A stretch of 64,000 bases of DNA, taken from an uncultured delta proteobacterium (lineage in GTDB: Bacteria > Myxococcota > Kuafuiibacteriia > Kuafuiibacteriales > Kuafuiibacteriaceae). Positions 22,196 through 34,387 of the stretch are shown piece after piece. Location: contig CAWDML010000001.1 of NCBI GenBank assembly GCA_963803435.1, positions 1,792,001 to 1,856,000 of the forward strand. Direction: 5' to 3'. The notes below the pieces were generated by a model. It was not told the DNA's origin. It saw nothing but the letters and a program-made list of their open reading frames with translations, and searched no databases. The translations under genes were made by a program, and so were the position numbers. Within the stretch, counting starts at the first letter, position 1, and each line of letters starts with the position of its first letter.

Positions 22196-24043
22196 GTGCG
22201 CTCGAACGTCCCTTTGGTAGGACTCGCCCTCCTCGCCTGCGCGTGCAGCCCCTCGGGTGACCGCTTCGAGATCCGGGCCGGCGGGGGCAACGTCCGCGGC
22301 GGCGGCGGCGGGATCGAGATGCGCTCGTTCGGCCTCCGCACCCGCACCGGCACCGTCGTGACCACCGGCCTCGGGCTGTCTCTGCTCGCCACCGTCGACG
22401 CGCCCGAGCACGACGGCGTCGTCCTGCAAGCCACCGACGTCGCCTGGTCCGGCAACTACGTCTACGCCAGCTACAATGTCCGCGGCGACACGTTCCTGGG
22501 CGCGCTCCAGATCATCGACGTCTCCGATCCTTCGCTCCCCACCGTGGTCGCCGAGGCGATCTATCCCAACACGGATCTCGCCAAGCTCGCGGTCTCGGGG
22601 CAGAGGATCCTGGTGGCCGGCGCGGACGCCGCCGAGGGCGGCACGCTCGAGCTGTTCACGCTCGACGGCGGTGAGCTCACGTTCGATCAATATCTGACCG
22701 TCGGGAGCTACGCCGCCACGTACGTCGATCTCCACGGATACGAGGCGTACGTCAGCTTCGGCGACGCCGGCGGTGGTGTCGCAGTCTACGATCTGTCGAG
22801 CGGGCAACCGGCCGCCGTCGCGAGCATCCCCCTCGCCGACGCGCGCTGGGTCGACGCGATCGCGGCCGACGACATCGTGACGGTGGCGGGCGCGCCGAGC
22901 CGGTTGACCCGATTCTCGGGCATCGGCTCGGCGGCCCCTGGAACCACCACCACCCCGATCGACGGCGGCGACATCGGCGCCCCCACCTGGGGTGAGCGGC
23001 GCGAGAGCCTGGCGTTCATCTCCTCCGACACCGCCGGGCTCCTGGTCTTCGACCTCAGCACGATGGCCGAGGTCGGCAGCCTCTCCACCAGCGGCAACAG
23101 CAACGGCCTGGCGCTGGCGCTCGACGGGCGTCTCGCGTTCCTCGCCAACGGTGAGGAGGGGTTGGTGGTCGCTGACGTCCTCGATCCCGCGTCGCCGATC
23201 GCGGTCGCCTCGATCGACGTGGCCGGCGACGCGGGGAGCGCGAATGCGGTCGCGATCAGCGGTGATCATCTCGCGCTGGCCGACGGCCTGGGCGGGGTCA
23301 AGATCCTTCAGTACCAGCGCCAGGCCTCGGCGCCGCCCGACGACTGCGACGGCGACGGCGTTCCGGACGATCAAGACGCGGACGACGACGATGACGGCGT
23401 GCTGGACGAGGACGACTACGATCGGTGTGATCCGTCGATCGTCTGCGCGCCCGGGATGATCGATCACCAGGGCCGCTTCGTCGGCGACTTCTTCAACCTC
23501 CCCTGCGACCACCCCGACGTCGCCGGCCCCATCACCGGCCTCGTCACCGGTACACTCCCGACTGACTTCGACTGGTACGATCCGCAGTACTACGTGTACT
23601 CGATCGAGCGGGACTCGCTCGTGATCCCGTACTCGCAGAACTACTTCCCGGTCGACACCGGCCTCTGCGGCGATCCCTTCTACTTCGCGGCGCACTGGTA
23701 CACGACGGCCATCGCCTCCGCGGACGGCGACTACACGTTCGAGGTCGGCAGCGACGACGACAGCTGGGTGTTCGTCGACGGTGATCTGGTATCGGACCTC
23801 GGCGGCATCCACGCGCTCCAGCGGCAGTCGAACACGATCCACCTCACCGCCGGCCCGCACCGCCTCGACATCTACTTCGCCGAGCGCCACGTGGTGCAGA
23901 GCGGGCTCGAGTTCGAGGTCGTCGGCGTGGCGCCGGGCGCGCGGCTCGAGACGATCCACCACCTGTGCCTCGACCCGAACGGCGACGAGGACGGCGACGG
24001 CGTCCCGAACGGCAGCGACCTGGCGCCGCTGATCCGCCCGTGA
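22196..24043 (+). CDS. Lipoprotein with LVIVD beta-propeller repeats, Asp-rich Ca-binding repeats and PA14 domain
   Basis: Lipobox; LQIIDVSDPS and LVVADVLDP; DCDGDGVPDDQDADDDDDG; GSDDDSWVFVDG...DLGGIH...FAERH. Confidence 0.85.
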   Translation: MRSNVPLVGLALLACACSPSGDRFEIRAGGGNVRGGGGGIEMRSFGLRTRTGTVVTTGLGLSLLATVDAPEHDGVVLQATDVAWSGNYVYASYNVRGDTFLGALQIIDVSDPSLPTVVAEAIYPNTDLAKLAVSGQRILVAGADAAEGGTLELFTLDGGELTFDQYLTVGSYAATYVDLHGYEAYVSFGDAGGGVAVYDLSSGQPAAVASIPLADARWVDAIAADDIVTVAGAPSRLTRFSGIGSAAPGTTTTPIDGGDIGAPTWGERRESLAFISSDTAGLLVFDLSTMAEVGSLSTSGNSNGLALALDGRLAFLANGEEGLVVADVLDPASPIAVASIDVAGDAGSANAVAISGDHLALADGLGGVKILQYQRQASAPPDDCDGDGVPDDQDADDDDDGVLDEDDYDRCDPSIVCAPGMIDHQGRFVGDFFNLPCDHPDVAGPITGLVTGTLPTDFDWYDPQYYVYSIERDSLVIPYSQNYFPVDTGLCGDPFYFAAHWYTTAIASADGDYTFEVGSDDDSWVFVDGDLVSDLGGIHALQRQSNTIHLTAGPHRLDIYFAERHVVQSGLEFEVVGVAPGARLETIHHLCLDPNGDEDGDGVPNGSDLAPLIRP

Positions 24044-24044
24044 G

Positions 24045-24431
24045 TCACTCGCGGACGATCTTCTGCACCTCGGGCGGAAAGTCGGACAGCTCCTGCACCT
24101 GGCGAACCTCGATCACGTCGCCGTCCATGCCGGGGATCCGCGAGGCCCACTGGTACGCCTCTTCCTTCGACTTCACCTGGATCATCCAGTAGCCGCCGAT
24201 CACCTCCTTCGCCTCGGCGAAGGGCGCGTCGGTCACCACGTGCTTCCCGCCCGAGACCTTGATGCGGCGGCCCTCCGACGGCGGGCGGAGGCCGTCGAGC
24301 GCCAGCAGCACGCCGGCCTTCTTGAGCTCGTCGTTGTAGCGGGCCATCGCCTCGAAGATCTCGGTTCCGGGCGTCACCGTCTCGGCGCCGGGCTGGTAGA
24401 CCTTCGGGATCATCACCATCATGAATCGCAT
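24045..24431 (-). CDS. YciI / DGPF-family protein
   Basis: MARYNDELKKAGVLL, VTDAPFAEAKEVIGGYWMIQVKSKEEA, IEVRQV. Confidence 0.92.
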   Translation of the reverse strand: MRFMMVMIPKVYQPGAETVTPGTEIFEAMARYNDELKKAGVLLALDGLRPPSEGRRIKVSGGKHVVTDAPFAEAKEVIGGYWMIQVKSKEEAYQWASRIPGMDGDVIEVRQVQELSDFPPEVQKIVRE

Positions 24432-24482
24432 CGTCGTCTCCTGGGTTTGGGGCCGGGTTGGCCGGCCGGGTTCTACTCCGGC

Positions 24483-24509
24483 GTCGAACCACGATCCCGA
24501 GGATCGACA
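24483..24509 (-). promoter_or_regulatory. ECF42-type promoter (TGTCGA-N17-CGAC)
   Basis: Minus strand reads TGTCGAtcctcgggatcgtggttCGAC, about 50 bp upstream of a DGPF gene, the known ECF42 target class. Confidence 0.65.
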
Positions 24510-24543
24510 GCGCGATTATTTTTTTTGAAGGCGCTGGTTCCCC

Positions 24544-24987
24544 TCAGCGTGTCTTCTTGACGCGGGACCGATAGGCCTTCGGAACCTTGTCCAGATGATC
24601 GACGATGTGCACGACGCCCTGGTCGTCGGTGAACGTGTAGAAGACGTCATCGCCGAGCTGGGCGCGCCGCTCGACCTCGCGCACCACCCGGTCCGCCTCC
24701 TTTTGCGTCGAGACGGGCAAGAGCGCGCGACCGGTCTGGGTGAACGTCAAGAACGCGCCCACGGCCAGCACCACCACCGCCACGCCGAGCAGCGCCTTGA
24801 CCATGCCGCGATACGAGCGCTCCGGGCGCACCTCCATCACTTCCCCCCTCGAGGCCGGGGCGGCCTCGCCGAGCTCCAGGTCAGGCCAGGCCTCCGGCTG
24901 GGCGCCCGAGTCGGGCGGCGCCTCCCGATTCACCTCGTCGACCGCCTCGGCGACCTTGGCCGCGATCGGATCGTCGGGCGTGCTCAT
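24544..24987 (-). CDS. Single-pass membrane protein with DUF4124-like C-terminus
   Basis: TM helix; FYTFTDDQGVVHIVDHLDKVPKAYR. Confidence 0.7.
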   Translation of the reverse strand: MSTPDDPIAAKVAEAVDEVNREAPPDSGAQPEAWPDLELGEAAPASRGEVMEVRPERSYRGMVKALLGVAVVVLAVGAFLTFTQTGRALLPVSTQKEADRVVREVERRAQLGDDVFYTFTDDQGVVHIVDHLDKVPKAYRSRVKKTR

Positions 24988-25044
24988 CTCGATATCATAG
25001 CCCGTTCTCGGGTCAGCGCGCGAAGGCGATGGCGGCCAAGTCTC

Positions 25045-26784
25045 TCACACCACCCGCTGCGCCTCCGAGAGCCCCTCGAAGAAGGCGCGGGCGTTGGCGC
25101 CCAACGTGCGCGTCCGGTAGCCGCCCTCCTGCACCACCAGCGTGGGCCGGCCCAGCTCACCGATCCGCCGCCCGTTCGCGCGGAAATCCGCCGCGTGGAG
25201 GCTCCAGGTCCCGGTCGGATCGCCCTTCGCCGTGTCGAGGCCGAGCGCGACGACCAGGAACGCCGGGTTGAAGCGAGCGATGCGATCGAGCGCCTTCGTG
25301 AGCGCCTTCTGGTAGCGAGCGCCGTCGATCACCTCGGCCAGCGGCAGGTTGAGGTTGAAGCCTTCGCCGGGTCCGGCGCCGACCTCGTCCTCGAAGCCGG
25401 TGAAGAATGGGTACGCGATGTTGGGGTGGCCGTGGATCGAGACGGTGAGGACATCGCTCCGATCGAAGAAGATGTCCTGCTGCCCGTTGCCGTGGTGATA
25501 GTCGATGTCGAGGATCGCGACCTTGCCCTGCCGCGAGAGCACGTTGGCCGCGATCGCGTTGTTGTTGAAGTAGCAGAAGCCGCCGAACGAGCGCCGCTCG
25601 GCGTGGTGCCCCGGCGGCCGGACCAGCGCGTAAGCGAGACGCTCGCCGTCGAGGACGAACGCGGCCGCGGTCAGCGTGCAGTCGACGGCGCGGACGGCAG
25701 CGGCGTAGGCGTTGCTGTTCAACGGAGTGAAGGTGTCGATGCAGTAGTACCCGGCGCGGACCGAGAGCTCCTTGGGCGGACGGGTGGCGTTCCGGATCGG
25801 GAATACATACGGGTAGACCGACTTGTCCTTGACCGACTGGCAGGCGCGCCGGAGGTACTCGACGAAGTCCTGGTCGTGCACCGCGAGGATCGGCGCCATC
25901 CCGTGGGTCTTGGCCGGCACCGACTCGAACAGACCCGTGGACGCCAGCTCCTTCACGATGTGATGGATCCGCACCGGAGACTCGACATAGCCGCGCTCGC
26001 GGACGTGGTGGATCTCGTGACGATCGTTCACCACCATGATGTGCGGCGCCCGCGCGACCTGGACCGCCCGCCGCTGGACGTCGGCGGCGGCCGCCTTGGT
26101 CGCGTAGCGCGGCGGGCGGATCCGGACCGGATCGTCCCGGATCGAGTCGACGACCATCTTCACGTACTCCGGCGTGCAGATCTTGGAGTACTTACGCTCG
26201 AGGATCGCCCGCACCACCTCGCGGACATAGGCCCGGGAGGGCGGCCCCCCGCCCAGGCCGTCGTACACCAGGTAGGGCAGGCCGCGCTGTCCCGGTCGGA
26301 GCGGCGCCTGGTACTCCGTGCGGTCGACCGGGCGCGCGCCGAAGTGCTCGTAGAAGCGAAGCCTCGACTTGTTCTGCTTCAGGATCGCGGGATCGTCGAT
26401 CTCCTTCGGATCATCCGGGAGGCACTCGAAGAAGAGCCCCTTCATCCCGGTGGCCTTCATGTCCTCCCGCACGCGCTGATAGAGCGCCGCGCCGAACCCC
26501 CGGCCGCTCGTCTGCGCGTCGGAGGCGATGAACTCGAGATAGGCGAACGCGATCTTGGTATCGACGTGGATCGAGGCGAAGCCGTGGACCTGCCTCCGGC
26601 GCTCCGCCACGTAGAGCATGGGCCGGAGCTCCGGGTGGATCGGCGCGCTCATCCGGCGCTCGAACGCCTCGATCTCCTCCTCGGGAAGGCCACCGAACTG
26701 CGCGCGCAAGATCTCCGCGGCCTGCGCGATCGCGGCCTGATTGGCGGGCAGGAAGTCGTCGTGGATGCGGCGAATCGTGAACAC
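25045..26784 (-). CDS. GNAT-like domain fused to histone-deacetylase / acetylpolyamine amidohydrolase domain
   Basis: YLEFIAS...SGRGFGAALY (GNAT motif A-like); RPPGHHA, GGFCYFNN, LDIDYHHGNG, GLDTAKGDP, QEGGY. Confidence 0.9.
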   Translation of the reverse strand: MFTIRRIHDDFLPANQAAIAQAAEILRAQFGGLPEEEIEAFERRMSAPIHPELRPMLYVAERRRQVHGFASIHVDTKIAFAYLEFIASDAQTSGRGFGAALYQRVREDMKATGMKGLFFECLPDDPKEIDDPAILKQNKSRLRFYEHFGARPVDRTEYQAPLRPGQRGLPYLVYDGLGGGPPSRAYVREVVRAILERKYSKICTPEYVKMVVDSIRDDPVRIRPPRYATKAAAADVQRRAVQVARAPHIMVVNDRHEIHHVRERGYVESPVRIHHIVKELASTGLFESVPAKTHGMAPILAVHDQDFVEYLRRACQSVKDKSVYPYVFPIRNATRPPKELSVRAGYYCIDTFTPLNSNAYAAAVRAVDCTLTAAAFVLDGERLAYALVRPPGHHAERRSFGGFCYFNNNAIAANVLSRQGKVAILDIDYHHGNGQQDIFFDRSDVLTVSIHGHPNIAYPFFTGFEDEVGAGPGEGFNLNLPLAEVIDGARYQKALTKALDRIARFNPAFLVVALGLDTAKGDPTGTWSLHAADFRANGRRIGELGRPTLVVQEGGYRTRTLGANARAFFEGLSEAQRVV

Positions 26785-26793
26785 GACGAGCGG

Positions 26794-28216
26794 CTAGCCG
26801 TCGTGATACAGCGCGAACTCGTGGGGATGAGGCCGCATCCGGATGGCGTCGACCTCGTTGGTCCGCTTGTAGCGAATCCACGTCTCGAGGACGTCCTCGG
26901 TGAACACGTCTCCCTTGAGGAGGAAGTCGTGATCCCGCTCGAGCTCCCGGAGGGCCTCCTCGAGGCTGCCCGGGCAGGTGGGGACGTCCGAGAGCTCCTC
27001 GGGTGAGAGGCCGTAGATGTCCTTGTCGAGCGGATCGCCCGGATCGATCTTGTTGAGGATCCCGTCGATCCCCGCCATCACCATCGCGCTGAACGCGAGA
27101 TACGGGTTGCAGAGCGGATCCGGGAAGCGCACCTCGAGGCGCTTGGCCTTGGGCGAGGGCGAGTACATGGGGATGCGGATCGACGCGGAGCGGTTCCGCG
27201 AGGAGTAGGCCAGGTTCACCGGAGCCTCATAGCCCGGCACCAGCCGCTTGTAGCTGTTGGTCGTCGGGTTCGTGATGGCGCAGATCGCCCGCGAGTGCTT
27301 GAGCACCCCGCCGATGTAGTGGAGCGCCATCTTCGACAGCCCCGCGTACTCGTCGCCGGCGAACAGCGGCTTGCCGTCCTTCCAGAGCGACTGGTGCGTG
27401 TGCATCCCCGACCCGTTGTCGCCGAAGATCGGCTTCGGCATGAAGGTCGCCGTCTTGCCGTGCCGCGCCGCCACGTTCTTCACCACGTGCTTGAGCCACA
27501 TGGTGTGGTCGGCGATGTCCACCAGCGGGGCGAAGCGGATGTCGATCTCGCACTGCCCGCCGGTCGCGACCTCGTGGTGCTCGCGTTCGACCTTGAGGCC
27601 GAGCTTGTTCATCTCGTGCACCATCTCCATGCGGAGCGGGTGGACCTGGTCGGTCGGGGACACCGGGAAGTAGCCACCCTTGTGCGGCGGCCGGTAGCCG
27701 AGGTTCGGGCGGCCGTTGCTCTCCTCACCCGTGTTCCAGGCGCCCTCGTCGGAGTCGATCTGATAGAAGGCCTGGTTCGGTCCGGAGTCGAACCGGATAC
27801 TCGTCGAAGATGAAGAACTCCGGCTCGGGGCCCAGCACCACGGTGTCGGCGAGGCCGGTCGACCGGAGATACTTCTCGCACTTCTTGGCGATGTAGCGCG
27901 GGTCCCGCGAGTACGGCTCGCGCGTGATCGGATCGCTGATGTCCGCGATCATCGAGAGCGTCGCCGCGTAGCTGATGAACGGATCGACCCTGGCCGTGTG
28001 CGCGTCGGGGATCACCAGCATGTCGGAGGCGTTGATGGCTTGCCACCCGCGGATCGAGGAGCCGTCGAAGCCGAGGCCTTCCTCGAACGTCGACTCTTCG
28101 ATCTGATCCATCGGGCATGTGAAGTGCTGCCAGATGCCGAACAGATCGACGAACTTGATGTCGACCATGTCGCATCGGTTGTCCTTGGCGAACGCGAGGA
28201 CCTCTCGTGGCTTCAT
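26794..28216 (-). CDS. glnA: Glutamine synthetase type I (single frameshift near 27800)
   Basis: [34 protein letters not shown]...[26 protein letters not shown]; SD GGAGG upstream. Confidence 0.95.
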
Positions 28217-28277
28217 TTTTTTTCTGTCTCCTCCAGGCGGGTTCAATCAGTCGCGACGCGGCGCGATTAGCACGGGA

Positions 28278-30019
<1,742 letters not shown>

Positions 30020-30075
30020 CCGTAATCGAACTGTAAGGGATCGGTTTTGCCCTGTGGACCAGACTCCTCTGTGCA

Positions 30076-33000
30076 ATGAGGCACGCGCTATTTTCGTTGT
30101 CTGCCGCCCTCCTGACCATCGCACCGCACCTCGCGCATGCGCAGCAGTGGGGTCCGCTCGATACTGTGCCGCATCCCAATGTCGTCATCGCGCACGACAC
30201 GTCGGTCACGATGAACATCAACACGGCGTGCAACAACTGCCATGACCCCGGAAGCTCGCGGCTCGAGGTCTCGAAGCAGGACATCTTGCAAACGCTGCCG
30301 CTGTTCCGCCCGTATTTCAACTACGGCGCGTTTCAGTATGCAGGGTGCGACTCGGCGCAAGTCACGACGCGCGTGCTGCCGACGCCCGACGCGCCGGACG
30401 TCTCCTACGCCCAGGTGCTCGGGGCGATCGGGGGCGCGAGCGCCTGTCACAAAAAGGAGGAGCGCCTCCCCGGCGGCGCCGTCACCACGTGCGCGACCGC
30501 GGGATGCGGCGGCGACACGCAGCTCGCCGTCGATCTCGCGAACCTCTCGCTCCCCGGCTTCGATCCGCTGCGCCCGTTCCTCCACGTCGATTGCATCTAC
30601 CACTACGTCGCGGACCTCGCGCCCTGCGTGACGGACACGGGCGAGCCGACCGACGCCACCGGTTACCGCGGCGGCTGCTACCACATCGGCTGCAGCGACA
30701 TCGGCGGGATCGAGGGCATCATCTTCACGCTCCAGCAGCTCCCCACGATCGACTGGCCACGCTGGACGGAGTCCGGCCTCACGCCCGAGCAGGTTCAGGC
30801 CGAGTTCTGTGCGCCGGTCAAGGACGTGCTCACGAACGTCTACAACCAGATCCTGGCGTGCCGGCCCGATAACGCCTTCTACAGCACGTTCCCGACCGAG
30901 ATCGAATCGAGCGACTGGTGCGACGCGAACGTGATCGCGCAGAACGCGTGCACCAACTCGCCCCTGGCGAACAGCTGCGTCTGCGACAACACGAACCAGG
31001 CTTGCATCGCCGGCGGCCAGCCGACCTCCGCGTGTGGAACGCCCTTCACCTGGAAGGCACGACAGCAGGTCGCCGTTTGCGAGGCCTACCAGCCGGGCGG
31101 CGCCTTCGACTCGTTCTACCAGGGCCAGGCAGACAACGTGGTCAACGGCGAGTGCCGCGAGAACGCCGTGCTGTTCTTCACCGACGGCTACATGGGTGAC
31201 ACGCCCGGAACCACCGTCGAGGGCAGCCGCGCGATCCCGACCTATCGCTCGGTGAGCGGCCTCAGCAACATGGCCGTGTTCCGCGTCGCCGACAGCTTCA
31301 CCGGCATGGCGGACGGCATGATGCGATCGGTGACCAACAACGTGGTCCCGACCGCGTATTCGGCCGTCGATCAGGCGACGATGCAGGAGTCCTTCTCGCG
31401 GCTGCTCAACCGCATCTTCAAGGGCGTGTACACCGGCGCGGCGATGACGCTCGACTCGCAGGGCACGCGCGCGGTGTTCCACAGCTTCACCGTGCCCGGC
31501 TACAACCAGACCGGACCGATCAGCGACAACTACCTCGGGTGGCCGGCCCGCCTCTCCATGCACGAGGTCGGCGACGATGGAACGATCTCTGCGACGCCCG
31601 TCTGGGAGACGGACTGGGCCGATCGCGTCGGCGGCAGCCCCGGTTGCGGGCCGACGATCATGGGATATTCCGACACGGCCCGCCTGGGCCCGAACGGCAC
31701 GTTCAGGAACGGCGTCCCCCGCGCGGTCGGGATCCCGGCGAGCTCGATGGATCGGGACGGCGACGGGGTCGTCGACAACCATCCGGCGCTCCGTTTCGGC
31801 GAGATGTACAGCATCGCCTCGACCCGCCCGGTGATCGTGGAGGCGCCCCGAGAGGCCCCGAACGGCAGGTACGGCGGCGAGCTGATGGCCTTCCAGACCT
31901 CGGCCCCGATCCGCGAGCGGATCCGGTCCGTCTACGTGATGGGCAACGGCTACGTCTATGGCTTTCACGGCGGCGCCTATGATCCGACGGCCCGGAACTT
32001 CGGCACGCGCAAGCTGGCCTTCTCGTACGACGACAGCATCCCGCAGGCGGGCATGGAGATCATGCGGTACGGTCCCCGCTGGCTCGCGACCCAACCGGCC
32101 CCCGGCTACCGCTACGACGTCAACGATCTGATCCAGCAGCCGCTGACGACGGGTCAGCTGACGGCGCGCGAGATGCGCATCTACGATGGCACCGGCTACC
32201 ACTTCCACACGGTGCTGGTCGGCGCCCAGGGCAAGAACGGCGGCGGGTACTTCTCACTCGACATCACCGATCCGTGCGCCCCCGCGGAGCTGAAGGAGTG
32301 GACGCTCCCCAACCCGAGCGATCGCGCCTCCGCAGAGCCGCTGCTCTACTACTTCCCGAGCACCACCGCCGACGAGCGCGCCGTCGTGATCACGACCGGC
32401 GGTCTCGGCGGCACGCCGACGCTCTACGCGCACGACATCGTCACCGGAAACATGATGTCTCACGCGGACCTGCCCGGCGGAGGCTCGTACATCGCGGCGC
32501 CGATCTGCCTCGACGCCACCGGCCAGGGCCACCTGACCCACTGCTACGCCCTTCGCGAGGACGGCCTGATGGCGCGCGTCGACGTCGGCACCGGCGGGTT
32601 CGGCGCGGTCAGCGACATCACCCCGCCCGGCGTCGCCGGGGGCGGCCGCCGCTTCACCACCACGCCGGCCGTGTTCTTCGATCCCACGGGCAACGTGAAC
32701 CTGGTCTTCGGATCGGGCGACTTCGAGCGACTGACGCAGACCGGAGTGACGAACTACATCTACAAGATCGTCGACCGCACCGTGCGGAAGAAGACCGTGC
32801 CGAACCAGCCGGCCGACGTGGCGACCGCCTGCAACAACGTCTCGACCGGCCGGATCTCGCTCGGGCCGCAGGAGCGCGTGATCAGCCCACCGATGGTCGG
32901 CAAAGGCATCGTCGCCTGGACCACCTACTCGCCGTCCACGAACGCGTGCATCTCCGGCGGCGCAAAGGTGTACGCGATGAACTATCTGACGTGCACCGAC

Positions 33001-33213
33001 GCGGTCGACGGCGCCGGTCCGCCCACCGGCGTCCCGGTGCAGGACGGCTTGCCAGCCTCACCGGTGCTCCACCGCGACTCGCAGAACCTCCTGGTCGGCA
33101 CCTCGGCCGGCCCGACGGCCTCGCAGGTGACGGAGGTCCAGGTGCTGACCCGCGGCGGCGCGAACGCCTGGACGAAGCGGCTGTACTGGAGATCGATGAT
33201 CGATGCGCCCTGA
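30076..33213 (+). CDS. PilY1/PilC-like adhesin (vWA plus beta-propeller), Cys-rich
   Basis: Signal peptide; MIDAS-like HDTSVT and FFTDG; DRDGDGVVD loop; GGYFSLDITDP, FGSGD, ERVISPP. Confidence 0.75.
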   Translation: MRHALFSLSAALLTIAPHLAHAQQWGPLDTVPHPNVVIAHDTSVTMNINTACNNCHDPGSSRLEVSKQDILQTLPLFRPYFNYGAFQYAGCDSAQVTTRVLPTPDAPDVSYAQVLGAIGGASACHKKEERLPGGAVTTCATAGCGGDTQLAVDLANLSLPGFDPLRPFLHVDCIYHYVADLAPCVTDTGEPTDATGYRGGCYHIGCSDIGGIEGIIFTLQQLPTIDWPRWTESGLTPEQVQAEFCAPVKDVLTNVYNQILACRPDNAFYSTFPTEIESSDWCDANVIAQNACTNSPLANSCVCDNTNQACIAGGQPTSACGTPFTWKARQQVAVCEAYQPGGAFDSFYQGQADNVVNGECRENAVLFFTDGYMGDTPGTTVEGSRAIPTYRSVSGLSNMAVFRVADSFTGMADGMMRSVTNNVVPTAYSAVDQATMQESFSRLLNRIFKGVYTGAAMTLDSQGTRAVFHSFTVPGYNQTGPISDNYLGWPARLSMHEVGDDGTISATPVWETDWADRVGGSPGCGPTIMGYSDTARLGPNGTFRNGVPRAVGIPASSMDRDGDGVVDNHPALRFGEMYSIASTRPVIVEAPREAPNGRYGGELMAFQTSAPIRERIRSVYVMGNGYVYGFHGGAYDPTARNFGTRKLAFSYDDSIPQAGMEIMRYGPRWLATQPAPGYRYDVNDLIQQPLTTGQLTAREMRIYDGTGYHFHTVLVGAQGKNGGGYFSLDITDPCAPAELKEWTLPNPSDRASAEPLLYYFPSTTADERAVVITTGGLGGTPTLYAHDIVTGNMMSHADLPGGGSYIAAPICLDATGQGHLTHCYALREDGLMARVDVGTGGFGAVSDITPPGVAGGGRRFTTTPAVFFDPTGNVNLVFGSGDFERLTQTGVTNYIYKIVDRTVRKKTVPNQPADVATACNNVSTGRISLGPQERVISPPMVGKGIVAWTTYSPSTNACISGGAKVYAMNYLTCTDAVDGAGPPTGVPVQDGLPASPVLHRDSQNLLVGTSAGPTASQVTEVQVLTRGGANAWTKRLYWRSMIDAP

Positions 33214-34333
33214 ACGGACCGAGATCGACTTCGTCCCCTCGGACGAGCTGGTCGAGTCGGAGGTCACCGCGCGCGAGGCGGTGCCGGACGATCTCGAGGA
33301 TACGTTCCGGTCGGGCCCGCCCGGCGGGATCTCGATGCCGCGGACACCCGAGACGGCCGACACCGCGGACACCGGCGAGATGCTGGCCGCGCAGGATCTC
33401 GAGGAGGCGCCGCCAACCGCGGTGACGCCCATCCCCTCGACCGCTCGGAAGAAGGTCCGCGTGGTGGAGCGGAGCCGGCCTCCGCCGCCTGCCGCCAAGG
33501 CGCCCGCCCCCGCGCTCCGGTTACCGCGACCCGCCTCCGTCGAGGCCGCGCCCCGGGCCGCGCCAGAGCCTCAGGGCTCCTACAACCCGTTCATCACCGA
33601 GGATCCGCCCGCCGTCGGCGTCGACCCGGCGATGTTCCCGATCCACCGCACCGCGCCGGGTCCGCAGCGCGGCCAGCAGATCATCCTCGCGCTCACCGCC
33701 GTCCTGATCGCGATCGTCGCGATCGCCTTCATGACCGGTCCACAGGACCCTCAGGCGCGCGCAGCTGAGCGACGAGAGCAGCGACGCCAGCAGCTGGCAC
33801 AGGCCATGGAGCGACGCCTCGCGCTCATGCGCACGCAGCAACAGCAGCGGGTCGCGCAGGAGACGAGCACGGTTCCCGGGACCGGCGCGCACGGGGCCCC
33901 GGTGGCTCGGGAAGCTCGCATTCGCCGGCCGCTCAAGGCCTCGGTCCGCCAGCGGCCGCCCGCTCTGATCCGTCCGGCCGAGATCAAGCCGTACACCTTC
34001 TCCGACGAGCGGGTCGCCCAGCCCAGGAGCTACGGCGACCAGCCGGAGAATGTACCGCCGCCCGGGACCGGCCCCATGCTCATCGTGATGTCCGAGCCGC
34101 CGGCGCTGGTGTACCGCGACTCGAAGCTCTTCGGCGCCACGCCGCTGATGCTGCCGGTCGACGGCGACACCACGTCGATGACCGTGACCCTGCGGACCTT
34201 CGGGTACCGCGAAAAGACGATCGACGTGAAGCCGGGGGCGTCGGGCAACCTCGAGGCGAGCGTGGTCCTGGAGAAGGACCCGCGCTACGACGGAGCCACG
34301 GTCGTCCGCACCGAGAAGCCGCGCAAGGGCTGA
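33203..34333 (+). CDS. Single-pass membrane protein with C-terminal PEGA-like domain
   Basis: Pro-rich N-terminus, TM helix, VMSEPPALVY...FGATPL...GYRE. Confidence 0.7.
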   Translation: MRPERTEIDFVPSDELVESEVTAREAVPDDLEDTFRSGPPGGISMPRTPETADTADTGEMLAAQDLEEAPPTAVTPIPSTARKKVRVVERSRPPPPAAKAPAPALRLPRPASVEAAPRAAPEPQGSYNPFITEDPPAVGVDPAMFPIHRTAPGPQRGQQIILALTAVLIAIVAIAFMTGPQDPQARAAERREQRRQQLAQAMERRLALMRTQQQQRVAQETSTVPGTGAHGAPVAREARIRRPLKASVRQRPPALIRPAEIKPYTFSDERVAQPRSYGDQPENVPPPGTGPMLIVMSEPPALVYRDSKLFGATPLMLPVDGDTTSMTVTLRTFGYREKTIDVKPGASGNLEASVVLEKDPRYDGATVVRTEKPRKG

Positions 34334-34387
34334 TCTCGCGCCTCGGTTGCCGCGCGGGGCACGGCGCCTTATGGGTGAAGCGCGCCG

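Noticed and set aside
24595-27006. Long antisense ORFs (803 aa here; also 30088-32208, 50220-52412 and others)
   Set aside because: Shadow ORFs typical of high-GC DNA, lying opposite well-supported genes.
27725-27810. Programmed frameshift or split glnA
   Set aside because: A single extra base, no slippery sequence, and similar indels elsewhere point to sequence error.
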